A stretch of DNA of 64,000 bases from Gemmatimonadaceae bacterium (GTDB taxonomy: Bacteria; Gemmatimonadota; Gemmatimonadetes; Gemmatimonadales; Gemmatimonadaceae), in the NCBI GenBank assembly GCA_051859245.1, contig JBHYGA010000001.1:160001-224000 (forward strand), written 5' to 3'. A program made the translations under genes and the position numbers. The notes below the pieces were generated by a model, which was not told the origin of the DNA, did no database searches, and saw nothing but the letters and a program-made list of their open reading frames with translations. Positions 41,363 to 51,516 of this stretch are shown here, piece after piece (the first letter of the stretch is position 1; each line of letters opens with the position of its first letter).

Positions 41363-42079
41363 TTAGAAACGCAAGACGAGCGAGAGTGATCCCGCATTGA
41401 CCGCGCCAAGCACGGTCGGCACGCGACGCCATCGTGCTTCCACCGCAAAACCATCAAGCTTGGTACTCATGGGGGCCAGCAATCCGACACCGAGCGAAGG
41501 CGCAAATCCCAGACACTTGCCTGCTTCGCCCATGGAATTCGTGCCAGCGGCGCCGAGCATCGCCACGGTGTACACGCCCACACGTCCGCGCATCGGGTGA
41601 TGCTCAATGCCCACGCCGAACCCAACACTGCGCCTCGATGTTTCGCGCGGCTCCCGCGTGCAGTTGCCCGCCGGACACGGCAATGCATCCGACAGAATTC
41701 CGGTCTCAGACGCAACGCTGCGGTCGTGCAAATACAAGAATCCTTCGGCACGCCATGCCAGTTTTGGCGTGAGGTACCCGATCATGGCGGCATCAAAGGA
41801 GCCGCCAAGCGTCGGCGTGTATGTCGTGCCCCGATCCGGCGATGATGTCGCCACGCCGCCGACACCAATGCTGAGATGTTGCGGTATCCATCGGCGCGCC
41901 GGCATCGATCGCATGTCTGCGTCTCGCGCGTCTTTGTGCGCGTCTGAGGTGGACGCGACTCCGGTTGCCTGCACGCCTTCCTGTACGCTGCCCTGCGACT
42001 CCTGTGCGACCGCCGCGCGTGTGCTGCAGACACACGCGGTCAGCACCGTGATCGTGCACCATCGCTGCACGCGCCGCAT
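41363..42079 (-). CDS. Hypothetical protein, possible small outer-membrane beta-barrel
   Basis: ATG 1 nt after the ABC stop; signal-like N-terminus, alternating beta strands and C-terminal LVLRF. Confidence 0.55.
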   Translation of the reverse strand: MRRVQRWCTITVLTACVCSTRAAVAQESQGSVQEGVQATGVASTSDAHKDARDADMRSMPARRWIPQHLSIGVGGVATSSPDRGTTYTPTLGGSFDAAMIGYLTPKLAWRAEGFLYLHDRSVASETGILSDALPCPAGNCTREPRETSRRSVGFGVGIEHHPMRGRVGVYTVAMLGAAGTNSMGEAGKCLGFAPSLGVGLLAPMSTKLDGFAVEARWRRVPTVLGAVNAGSLSLVLRF

Positions 42080-42080
42080 G

Positions 42081-44012
42081 CTACAGCGCACGACCGGAAC
42101 TGCGCGCGGCCATGCGAGTGGCCTCAGCGCGGGCGTCAGACTCGGTGGCCGGTACGGGATCTTCACCGGGGTTCACAAACCGGTCGCGTTCAAAGCGATG
42201 CTGCCGATCATACAAATCACGGTAGCGTCCGTTCAAACGAATCAGCTCGTCATGCGTGCCGCGCTCGACAATCTGTCCCTGTTCCAGCACAAGGATCTGG
42301 TCCGCACTCGTGATCGTGGAGAGCCGATGTGCAATCACAAACGTGGTGCGACCCGAGCGCAGTCGCTGCAAACCCTCCTGAATCAGCGACTCACTTTCGC
42401 TGTCGAGCGATGACGTGGCTTCATCCAGGATCAGAATGCGCGGATCCGCGAGAATGGCGCGTGCAATCGCAACGCGCTGGCGCTGTCCGCCAGACAGCTT
42501 GACGCCGCGCTCGCCCACAATCGTGTCGTAGCCGTCGGCAAACCGCGAGACAAACTCGTCAACATTGGCAATGCGCGACACTTCAAGCACTTCTTCGTGC
42601 GTAGCGCCCGGACGCGTGAACGCGATGTTGTCGCGCACCGTACCATCGAACAAAAAGTTGTCCTGCAGCACCACGCCAAGCTGACGTCGGTATTCGTGCA
42701 GCTTGAGTGTGGAGAGATCATGACCATCCACGATGATCTCGCCCTTTTGTGGTCGCGCAAAGGCCATCACTAGCGAAATGAGTGTGCTCTTGCCCGAGCC
42801 ACTGGAGCCCACCAAGGCGGTGGTCGTGCCAGCCGGCGCCGTGAAGCTCACATCACGCAGCACCGGCGTGTCGGCTTCGTACTCGAACCACACATGCTCG
42901 AACGCCACATCACCACGCAGCGGCGGCAAGGCGAGACGCTGCTCGTCTTCCTGATCTTCCGTGGCCATGTCGCGCAGCTCACGAATACGATCGAGGCCGG
43001 CAAACGCTTCGGTGAGCTGCGTGCCGATGTTGGCGATCTGCACGAGCGGCGCCGCCACCAGACCAATAAAGATCACGTACATGAACAGATCGCCAAGCGT
43101 CATGCTGCCCGCGATCACCGCGCGTCCACCGAACACCATCACCAGAACGCTGATCAATCCCACGACGGCCGTGGAAAGCGCGGTGGTGGCCGACGTACCC
43201 GTGATGGTTTTCGCGATGTTCTGGAACAGACTCATCACACCACCGCGAAACACTTCCTGCTCGCGCTTTTCGGCGGTGTACACTTTGACCAGGCGAATAC
43301 CACCAATCGTCTCGGCGAGTCGGCCGGTCACATCGGCGGTGAGTCGTCCACGCTCACGAAAAATTGGGCGTAGTCGCTTGAACGCCGTGGACATGCCGGC
43401 GGCGAATATGGCCAGCAGTGTGACCGTGCCAAGCGTGAGCTTCCAGTTGAGCCACAACAACACCGCCAGTGCGAACGTGGCCGTGACCAAGCCACCGGTG
43501 AGCTGAATGAGGCCGGTGCCAACAAGATTGCGAATGCCATCCGGGTCATTCATGACACGCGAAATCAGGATGCCGGATTTCGTGCTGTCGAAGAAACGCA
43601 CCGGCAGACGCACCAGATGCGCCTGCACTTCTTCGCGCATATTCGCGATCGCGCGCTGCGCCGCTACGCTCACCACCTGCGAGAGCGAGAACGACGTGAT
43701 GGCCTGAATCAGCGTAGCCGCACCACCGGCGAGCGCGAGCGGAACGAGCAAGCCGTAGTTCTGCTTGGTAAGCACTTCGTCAATCAGATACTTCGAGCTG
43801 AACGGCAATACAAAACCTGCCGCGCGACTGATCAGCATCAGCACCAGGCCAATACCAACCGAGCGACGATGCGACCAGATCAGTGCACGCGCTTCGGCCC
43901 ACGCGCGCTTGGTATCACGCGGCGTTGTGGATTCGCCACCATCACGACGCATACGACCTCCACCGCCTTTTTCGGCGTTGGGCAGAGACGTGCGAGGAAA
44001 TCCGCGTGCCAT
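42081..44012 (-). CDS. ABC transporter fused permease/ATPase (MsbA-like exporter)
   Basis: 6-TM domain plus GSSGSGKS, LSGGQRQR, ILILDEATSSLD and IAHRLST. Confidence 0.93.
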   Translation of the reverse strand: MARGFPRTSLPNAEKGGGGRMRRDGGESTTPRDTKRAWAEARALIWSHRRSVGIGLVLMLISRAAGFVLPFSSKYLIDEVLTKQNYGLLVPLALAGGAATLIQAITSFSLSQVVSVAAQRAIANMREEVQAHLVRLPVRFFDSTKSGILISRVMNDPDGIRNLVGTGLIQLTGGLVTATFALAVLLWLNWKLTLGTVTLLAIFAAGMSTAFKRLRPIFRERGRLTADVTGRLAETIGGIRLVKVYTAEKREQEVFRGGVMSLFQNIAKTITGTSATTALSTAVVGLISVLVMVFGGRAVIAGSMTLGDLFMYVIFIGLVAAPLVQIANIGTQLTEAFAGLDRIRELRDMATEDQEDEQRLALPPLRGDVAFEHVWFEYEADTPVLRDVSFTAPAGTTTALVGSSGSGKSTLISLVMAFARPQKGEIIVDGHDLSTLKLHEYRRQLGVVLQDNFLFDGTVRDNIAFTRPGATHEEVLEVSRIANVDEFVSRFADGYDTIVGERGVKLSGGQRQRVAIARAILADPRILILDEATSSLDSESESLIQEGLQRLRSGRTTFVIAHRLSTITSADQILVLEQGQIVERGTHDELIRLNGRYRDLYDRQHRFERDRFVNPGEDPVPATESDARAEATRMAARSSGRAL

Positions 44013-44022
44013 TCAGGTACGC

Positions 44023-45552
<1,530 letters not shown>

Positions 45553-45645
45553 AGAAACGGTCCGGGACAGAGATCGAGGGGGGCGCGCCCGTCCGGACCC
45601 GCCTGCACACCCTCGAAATCTACACCCGATTGCGGACTTCGGGCC

Positions 45646-46206
45646 TTATTGGTCGAAGAGGGACCGATAGCTGCCGTAGCCCGCCGCCTCCAGCGAATCG
45701 GCGGGAATGAAGCGCAGGGACGCCGAGTTCATGCAATACCGCAGTCCGGTGGGCTGAGGGCCATCCGGAAAGACGTGGCCAAGATGCGAGTCGGCGCCCA
45801 CCGAGCGCACCTCGGTCCGCTCGACCGTCAGGAAGCGATCGGTTTTGGTGTACACATTCTCGGTGACGAGTGGCTTGGTGAAGCTCGGCCACCCGGTACC
45901 GCTATCGTACTTGTCTTTGGAGCTGAACAGCGGCTCGCCGGAGACGACGTCTACGTAGATGCCGTCGGCCTTGAGATCGTGGTACTCGTTGTTGAACGAC
46001 GGCTCCGTGCCATCCGTTTGGGTGATGCGATACTGCACCGGCGTGAGCGTCGCGCGGAGCTGTTCATCGCTCGGACGCAGCGCGCCGATCTTTGAGGCCT
46101 CAGGGGGTGCCACTTCTGCGTTGGCCGCCCGCTGACGCCCGCTGGTCACGAACAACACCGTGAGCGCCGCCAGCGACACGCCGGCAATAATCAGAAATCG
46201 AGACAT
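45646..46206 (-). CDS. msrB: Peptide methionine-(R)-sulfoxide reductase with N-terminal signal/anchor
   Basis: [34 protein letters not shown] and RYCMNS. Confidence 0.95.
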   Translation of the reverse strand: MSRFLIIAGVSLAALTVLFVTSGRQRAANAEVAPPEASKIGALRPSDEQLRATLTPVQYRITQTDGTEPSFNNEYHDLKADGIYVDVVSGEPLFSSKDKYDSGTGWPSFTKPLVTENVYTKTDRFLTVERTEVRSVGADSHLGHVFPDGPQPTGLRYCMNSASLRFIPADSLEAAGYGSYRSLFDQ

Positions 46207-46208
46207 GA

Positions 46209-46904
46209 TCAGTTCGCCTTCAACAGGCCAGTTGTGCCGATTCCCGCCGCGTCGCCCCACAGCTCTTTGAGGCGCGCGTCACGGCCACACGCCGTGCGAT
46301 AGTACTTGTAGCGAATCGGATTTTTCTTGTAGTAATCCTGGTGGTATTCCTCAGCCGGGTAGAACGTGCTGGCGTCGGTAATTTCCGTGACGACCGTGCG
46401 CTTCAGCTTGGCGGTAATCGCGGCTTTCGATGCTTCCGCAGCAGCGCGCTCTTCGGCGTTCGCCGGGAAAATCTCGGAGCGATACTGCGAACCTTGATCG
46501 CAGAACTGCGCATTCGCGGTCAGCGGATCGATGTTGTGCCAGAAAATGTCGAGCAGCTGCGCATACGAAACCTTGGCCGGATCGTACGTGATTTCCACGG
46601 CTTCGGTGTGTCCAGTGCGTCCCGCCGACACCTGCTCGTACGTGGGATTGCGTACGCCGCCGCCGATGTAACCGCTTACTACAGAGGAGACGCCGGCAAG
46701 TTTTTCAAAGGGCGGTTCCATGCACCAGAAACAGCCGCCGGCAAAGACGGCTTTGCGCGTTGCAGCACTACCGTCGCCATCATCGTTGACTTCCGGTGCC
46801 GCTGACACCGGCGTTGCACTGGACGTTGGCGCACGGAACAAAATGGCCACCGCGGCAATCAGGACCACGGCGCCAACAAGAGCGGATACAGAGCGTACAG
46901 ACAT
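46209..46904 (-). CDS. msrA: Peptide methionine-(S)-sulfoxide reductase with N-terminal signal/anchor
   Basis: [20 protein letters not shown] and [11 protein letters not shown]. Start taken at MSVRSVS after GAGG. Confidence 0.95.
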   Translation of the reverse strand: MSVRSVSALVGAVVLIAAVAILFRAPTSSATPVSAAPEVNDDGDGSAATRKAVFAGGCFWCMEPPFEKLAGVSSVVSGYIGGGVRNPTYEQVSAGRTGHTEAVEITYDPAKVSYAQLLDIFWHNIDPLTANAQFCDQGSQYRSEIFPANAEERAAAEASKAAITAKLKRTVVTEITDASTFYPAEEYHQDYYKKNPIRYKYYRTACGRDARLKELWGDAAGIGTTGLLKAN

Positions 46905-47013
46905 GACATCCTCGAGTTGAGCGTATACCACACGTAGTCGGAAACACTCGGGTGAGTTCCCAACGCGCGTGTAAATCGCGTAGCGAACACCACGGCGCGC
47001 GACGAGGAACTTT

Positions 47014-48180
47014 TCAGAGCAGATCGGGTCCGGCGATCGCCTGACCACGCGCAAAGCGGTCGGGTGCAAGCGATGACATGTCGAGCGTGTGCGCATCGCC
47101 CTCCACCACCAATTCGGCCATCAACTGTCCAATCGCGAGCGCGTGCATCACGCCGTGCCCCGACGAGCCATTCGCCAGCAGCAGGTTCGGCACCTCGGCC
47201 GTTGCGCCAAAGATCACATGTCGATCCGGTGACATCTCATACAGCCCCGCCCATGATGATGACGCATCGATCGCCACATCGCGCAGCGCAGGAATCACCT
47301 CGTTCGTCGTGCGTCGAACATCGGTAATCCACGACGGATCCACCGTCGTATCGAACAGGTCCACCACTGGCTTTTCGTCGGGTTGCAGCAACAGCACCCG
47401 ATCACCGCGCACGCGCAGATGAAATCCGTTGTCTGCGACGACAGTCATTGGTGTGTCGGGCGCGAGTAATGCGGTGGGGACTGTTGTTGCCACCTGTCGG
47501 CGTTTCGGCACCACCGGAATGTGCACACCCGCCATCGCGGCGATGGACGCGGCCCACGCACCGGCGGCGTTGATCACGCGTGCGGTGGCAATGCGTTCCG
47601 TTGCGGTGTGCACGGCCACGATGCGATTCCCGTCACGTTCAATTGACGTGCAGGCGGTGTTGAACGAATACGTGACGCCGGCGCGCTGGGCGCTGCCGAT
47701 CAATCCCTGCAGCAGTGCTTTCGGGTTGATGTAGCCATCGCGCGCCGCGTACACGCCGCCCACAAACTGCGACGCGTCCACAAACGGTGAGAGACGACGA
47801 ATGTCAGACGGAGATACATCGTGGCCATCGGTGTAGCCCGCGGCATGCTGTACCGCCTGTGCATCGCGCAGTACCTGGAGCGTGTCGTGCGAACGGGCCA
47901 TGAAGAGGTAGCCCACGGGCAGGTATTCCGGATCGACGCCGTGCACCGCCTGAAAGGTTTCCAGTTGGCGCAGCGCGAGCAGTGAGAGCTGCACGTTGAT
48001 GGCGGTGCCATACTGCGCGCGAAATCCTCCCGTGGCTCGACCGGTGCTGCCGGCGGCCGGTTCGCTCGCGCGCTCCAGCACGCGCACAGACGTTTCACCA
48101 CGTTCTGTGAGATGCCACGCGATGGCGGCGCCAATGATGCCTCCGCCAACAATCACCGTGTCCGCACTCGAATGCTGCAT
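47014..48180 (-). CDS. FAD-dependent oxidoreductase (DAO/sarcosine oxidase beta-like)
   Basis: IVGGGIIG, GSTGRATGG, INAAGAWA, WAGLYEMSPD and GSSGHG. Confidence 0.9.
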   Translation of the reverse strand: MQHSSADTVIVGGGIIGAAIAWHLTERGETSVRVLERASEPAAGSTGRATGGFRAQYGTAINVQLSLLALRQLETFQAVHGVDPEYLPVGYLFMARSHDTLQVLRDAQAVQHAAGYTDGHDVSPSDIRRLSPFVDASQFVGGVYAARDGYINPKALLQGLIGSAQRAGVTYSFNTACTSIERDGNRIVAVHTATERIATARVINAAGAWAASIAAMAGVHIPVVPKRRQVATTVPTALLAPDTPMTVVADNGFHLRVRGDRVLLLQPDEKPVVDLFDTTVDPSWITDVRRTTNEVIPALRDVAIDASSSWAGLYEMSPDRHVIFGATAEVPNLLLANGSSGHGVMHALAIGQLMAELVVEGDAHTLDMSSLAPDRFARGQAIAGPDLL

Positions 48181-48347
48181 GAGATTTCGCTCAGGGAAAC
48201 GGCCACGGGTCATGTGACCTGCGGCGCAAAAAAGACTGGCCGGTGGCCAATCCGGAGGACACTCGCCGTCCGCGCGACTGTCCCGACTGCCGCGTAATCT
48301 GTTGTCTGTGCACGACTTGCGCTTGGGCACGCGAGCCTGGCTGCGCG

Positions 48348-48362
48348 TGGCGCACGGCTTGC
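48348..48362 (+). promoter_or_regulatory. Putative sigma54 (-24/-12) promoter
   Basis: TGGCGC-ACGGC-TTGC with exact GG-N10-GC spacing, about 70 nt upstream of ATG 48433. Confidence 0.55.
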
Positions 48363-48432
48363 CTTGATGGGTGACCAGCGACAGCAGCCACGATGGCGGT
48401 TGTCCCGAACCATCTGTCTGGAGTTGTTGGGT

Positions 48433-49737
48433 ATGTCAGTCTTTCATGTTGCCTTGTCCTCACGCCTGTTGCCGCGCCGTGTCACTCGGCTGCGCATGCT
48501 GTCTTTGATGTTGGCGTCGTTCGTGCTTGCGGCCTGTGGGGAGGATGTCGTTGCGCCCGCGCCCGTGGATCCGCCGGCTGTGGCGAGCATCGAAATTGCG
48601 GGTGACGCGCAGCCGCTGACGGTTGGTGCCAATCGCGCGCTCACCGCCGTGCTTCGCGACGCGAATGGTGCGGTCATCACTGGACGCCCCACCACGTGGA
48701 CGTCGAGCAACCCGGCGGTTGCCACGGTCTCCGCCACGGGAAGCGTGGCCGCGCTCTCGGTTGGAACCACAACCATCATGGCCTCGGCCGGCGGTCGCGA
48801 TGGTCTGCGCGTGGTGAGCGTACAGCCCGTGCCGGTGGGCGAGATCAGCGTGCCGTTTGCGCAGCTCACACTACCGCGCAATGAGTCGCGCACGATCGAA
48901 GCCTCCGCGCGTGACGCACAGGGTGTTCCAATCACGGATATTCAGTACACCTGGTCGAGCGACAACGAGACCGTTGCGATTGTGACGCCGACTGGTCGCG
49001 TCGTGGCGATCGCTTCGGGAACCGCGATGATCACTGTACGCGCGGGCGGACGTTCGGCCACGGTTCAGGTGACGGTGCCGTCAGCAATCGTTGAGGTACG
49101 GGTGTCACCGGCGGCGGCGGTGCTCCCGGTTGGCCACGCGCGACAGTACACGGTGGTCGTGATTGACGACCGAGGACGTGAGGTGACGGGGAAGCCAGTC
49201 ACGTGGACCAGCAGCACGCCGACGGTGGCACGCGTGTCTCCGAGTGGACAGGTGACGGCGCTCATGCCTGGATACGCCACGATTTCGGCGACCGTGGAGG
49301 GTGTGACCGGGTCGGTGGCGCTGACGGTGGAATCGACGGAGTGGCACTTCCAGGAGAATTTGTTTTCCGGCCGGATTATCGTGCGCTCTGACACCACGAA
49401 CCGAACGCAACACGGCTACGCGGTGAGCGAGGTGCGACTGGTGTCGGCCACGATGGCGCTGAACGAGCAGACGGGGGCGTGGACGCTGTCGGGTGAACTC
49501 GTACGGGAAGAGCGTAACTACTTTCAGGGCAACGTGATAGTGCGCGAGACGGCGCGCTGGACCGGCACGGATCGTGGTTCAACGGCCGCCCGTGACCTGA
49601 CCAGCAACATGCGGACGCTGCGCTCCTCGATCACTGGCAACCTGCAGTATCGGATGACTGTTGGGATGCGCAGCGCCTGGCTGGAGGGGACGTTGCCGGG
49701 CTACACCACCGAGATGGCGTTCCAGCTGAATCGCTAA
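48433..49737 (+). CDS. Lipoprotein with three Ig-like (Big_2) domains
   Basis: Lipobox VLAAC; three TW.SS...VA.V...G.V.A...G...I repeats. Start is 48433 (GGAG SD) or 48496. Confidence 0.8.
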   Translation: MSVFHVALSSRLLPRRVTRLRMLSLMLASFVLAACGEDVVAPAPVDPPAVASIEIAGDAQPLTVGANRALTAVLRDANGAVITGRPTTWTSSNPAVATVSATGSVAALSVGTTTIMASAGGRDGLRVVSVQPVPVGEISVPFAQLTLPRNESRTIEASARDAQGVPITDIQYTWSSDNETVAIVTPTGRVVAIASGTAMITVRAGGRSATVQVTVPSAIVEVRVSPAAAVLPVGHARQYTVVVIDDRGREVTGKPVTWTSSTPTVARVSPSGQVTALMPGYATISATVEGVTGSVALTVESTEWHFQENLFSGRIIVRSDTTNRTQHGYAVSEVRLVSATMALNEQTGAWTLSGELVREERNYFQGNVIVRETARWTGTDRGSTAARDLTSNMRTLRSSITGNLQYRMTVGMRSAWLEGTLPGYTTEMAFQLNR

Positions 49738-49760
49738 AAGGGGTTGCTTCAAATTATTTC

Positions 49761-49789
49761 TTGACAGGCAGTACCGGACGCCTTAATAT
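49761..49789 (+). promoter_or_regulatory. Strong sigma70 promoter of the cold-shock gene
   Basis: TTGACA-N17-TAATAT preceded by an AT-rich UP-like tract (CAAATTATTTC). Confidence 0.75.
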
Positions 49790-49953
49790 CGCGTCATGGG
49801 AGTTGTTCGGTCTTGGGACTACGGCTCTGGCTGTGGTCCCATTTTCGTCTCTACCATGCGCGTCAGCGGGGCGCGATTGCCCGCAGGATACGGACGGTCG
49901 GTGCGTACGGAAATACCGATACCTCGGCAGTCAGTACAATTTCAGGAGTAGGT

Positions 49954-50163
49954 ATGCGTACGACCGGTACAGTCAAGTGGTTCAACGACACGAAGGGTTT
50001 TGGTTTCATCACGCCTGAGAACGGCGGCAAGGACTGCTTCGTGCATCACTCGGCCATCCAGACGAGCGGTTTCCGCTCGCTGGCCGAAGGCGAGCGGGTT
50101 GAGTTCGACATCGTGCAGGGCCAGAAGGGCCCCGCCGCTGAGAACGTCACCAAAATCGGCTGA
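49954..50163 (+). CDS. Cold-shock protein (CspA family)
   Basis: GTVKWFN, RNP1 KGFGFI and RNP2 CFVHHS; AGGAG SD. Confidence 0.97.
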   Translation: MRTTGTVKWFNDTKGFGFITPENGGKDCFVHHSAIQTSGFRSLAEGERVEFDIVQGQKGPAAENVTKIG

Positions 50164-50203
50164 GTCATTTGGCTGCACGCGACGCACCTCGGTGCGACGC
50201 GTT

Positions 50204-50245
50204 GGGGGGCCGCTCGGAGCAATCCGGGCGGCCCTTCGTGCTTTT
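50204..50245 (+). terminator. Intrinsic terminator of the csp gene
   Basis: GGGCCGCTCGGA-GCAA-TCCGGGCGGCCC followed by TTCGTGCTTTT. Confidence 0.7.
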
Positions 50246-50305
50246 CCGGGCGTTTTCTGGTAATCTGACGCGTCGGCACCTGCGCCCCCTTTTCCCCTTG
50301 TTCGA

Positions 50306-50740
50306 ATGCAACGCGAATCGATTTCCTTTTCCGGCGTGCTGCTGCGCGTCGTCGCCGCACTGCTGTTGGTGTACGGCACATGGAATCCGTTTGGCTACTC
50401 GTTCTACGACTGGGCCATCGCCCCGATGTTCGGCGCGCCGCCCACCGAGGGCGCGTTGGCCGTCAAGTTCCTGCTCGGTGTTGTTCTGCTCGCTGCGTGG
50501 GGGGTCTTTGTCACGGCCACGCGGCGTTCGCTCGGACTTTGGGGGGCGCTGCTGGCCGTTGCGTTCACGGCCGGTGTGATCTGGGTGCTGATCAGCTACG
50601 ACCTCGTCAGCGCGAGCAGCAGCAAAGGGGTGGCCAACGTGGTTCTGATCTGTCTTTCCCTCTGTCTCGCGGCGGGCCTTTCCTGGTCGTTCGTGTCACG
50701 GCGGATCTCCGGACAGGTTGATACTGACGTAGTGGATTGA
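50306..50740 (+). CDS. Membrane protein (DUF6524-like)
   Basis: LLLVYGTWNP.GYS.Y.W, AT.RSLG..G and GLSWS..RR.SGQ.D.D; four TMs. Confidence 0.7.
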   Translation: MQRESISFSGVLLRVVAALLLVYGTWNPFGYSFYDWAIAPMFGAPPTEGALAVKFLLGVVLLAAWGVFVTATRRSLGLWGALLAVAFTAGVIWVLISYDLVSASSSKGVANVVLICLSLCLAAGLSWSFVSRRISGQVDTDVVD

Positions 50741-50744
50741 ACGC

Positions 50745-50776
50745 AAAAAAGGCGCGCCATTCGGTGCGCCTTTTTC
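50745..50776. terminator. Bidirectional intrinsic terminator
   Basis: AAAAAGGCGCGCC-ATTC-GGTGCGCCTTTTT between convergent genes. Confidence 0.85.
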
Positions 50777-50800
50777 TATTGTAGGGTGTTTGCGGGCGCG

Positions 50801-51427
50801 TTACTGAAATCCCCACGGCGCCGGCGGTGCGGTCACAGCGCGTGAGAGATCAAACTCCACGCGAAAGCGGCGGTCGGTACCTTCGCGACGCAGTGCGTAC
50901 ACAAAACTCACACCGGGCTGTACGGCCATCGTCCACACGTTTGTTGCGGCGGCAGGAATGATGGTGGCCGTGTGCGCGTCGGCGAAGAACTCCTGAGCGC
51001 TTGCTGACATCGCGTCTCGCGTGTCGCCGCCGTACTGCGTGACACTGTCTTCGGTGCCGTCTTCGTGCCGATGATCATGCTTGAGTCGCATTCCGCCGCC
51101 GATCTTTGATACGACCCACGTACGTGAACGATTCTCGCCCACGTGAAACGGAATACGAATCACTGAGTCGCTGCATTCGCGCACGTGCATCACGAGCGTG
51201 GACGCAGCAAAGGCACTGTCGAGCGACGAGTCTTCAATGACGCGACCTTCAAACGCCTGACCGCACATGGACGCGAGTGCCGCAAAGAATGTGTCCTGCG
51301 GCGTGACGACGGTGCCGGTAACGGAGCTGCTATCCGTTGTGGTGTCGGGCACGGTGCGTTCCCCCGCACAGGCCGCGATCGCAGCGCACGAGGCAACAAA
51401 GAGCAGAAGCGAAATGCGTGGGCGCAT
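50801..51427 (-). CDS. Conserved-looking hypothetical lipoprotein
   Basis: Lipobox IAAC; CG.AF.G, MHVREC, SRTW, LKHDHRHEDG, YGG and C-terminal PPAPWG. Confidence 0.75.
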   Translation of the reverse strand: MRPRISLLLFVASCAAIAACAGERTVPDTTTDSSSVTGTVVTPQDTFFAALASMCGQAFEGRVIEDSSLDSAFAASTLVMHVRECSDSVIRIPFHVGENRSRTWVVSKIGGGMRLKHDHRHEDGTEDSVTQYGGDTRDAMSASAQEFFADAHTATIIPAAATNVWTMAVQPGVSFVYALRREGTDRRFRVEFDLSRAVTAPPAPWGFQ

Positions 51428-51450
51428 GGGCGGTGGGTCAGGGGAGGAGT

Positions 51451-51516
51451 GCGCGACGTTTAACGCGGTCGAACAGAGAAGCGCGCGACGTTTAACGATC
51501 GTTTAACGATCGTTTA
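51451..51516. repeat. Direct repeats: GCGCGACGTTTAACG x2 and 11-bp tandem CGTTTAACGAT
   Basis: 15-mer at 51451 and 51483; CGTTTA at 51457, 51489, 51500 and 51511. Confidence 0.85.
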
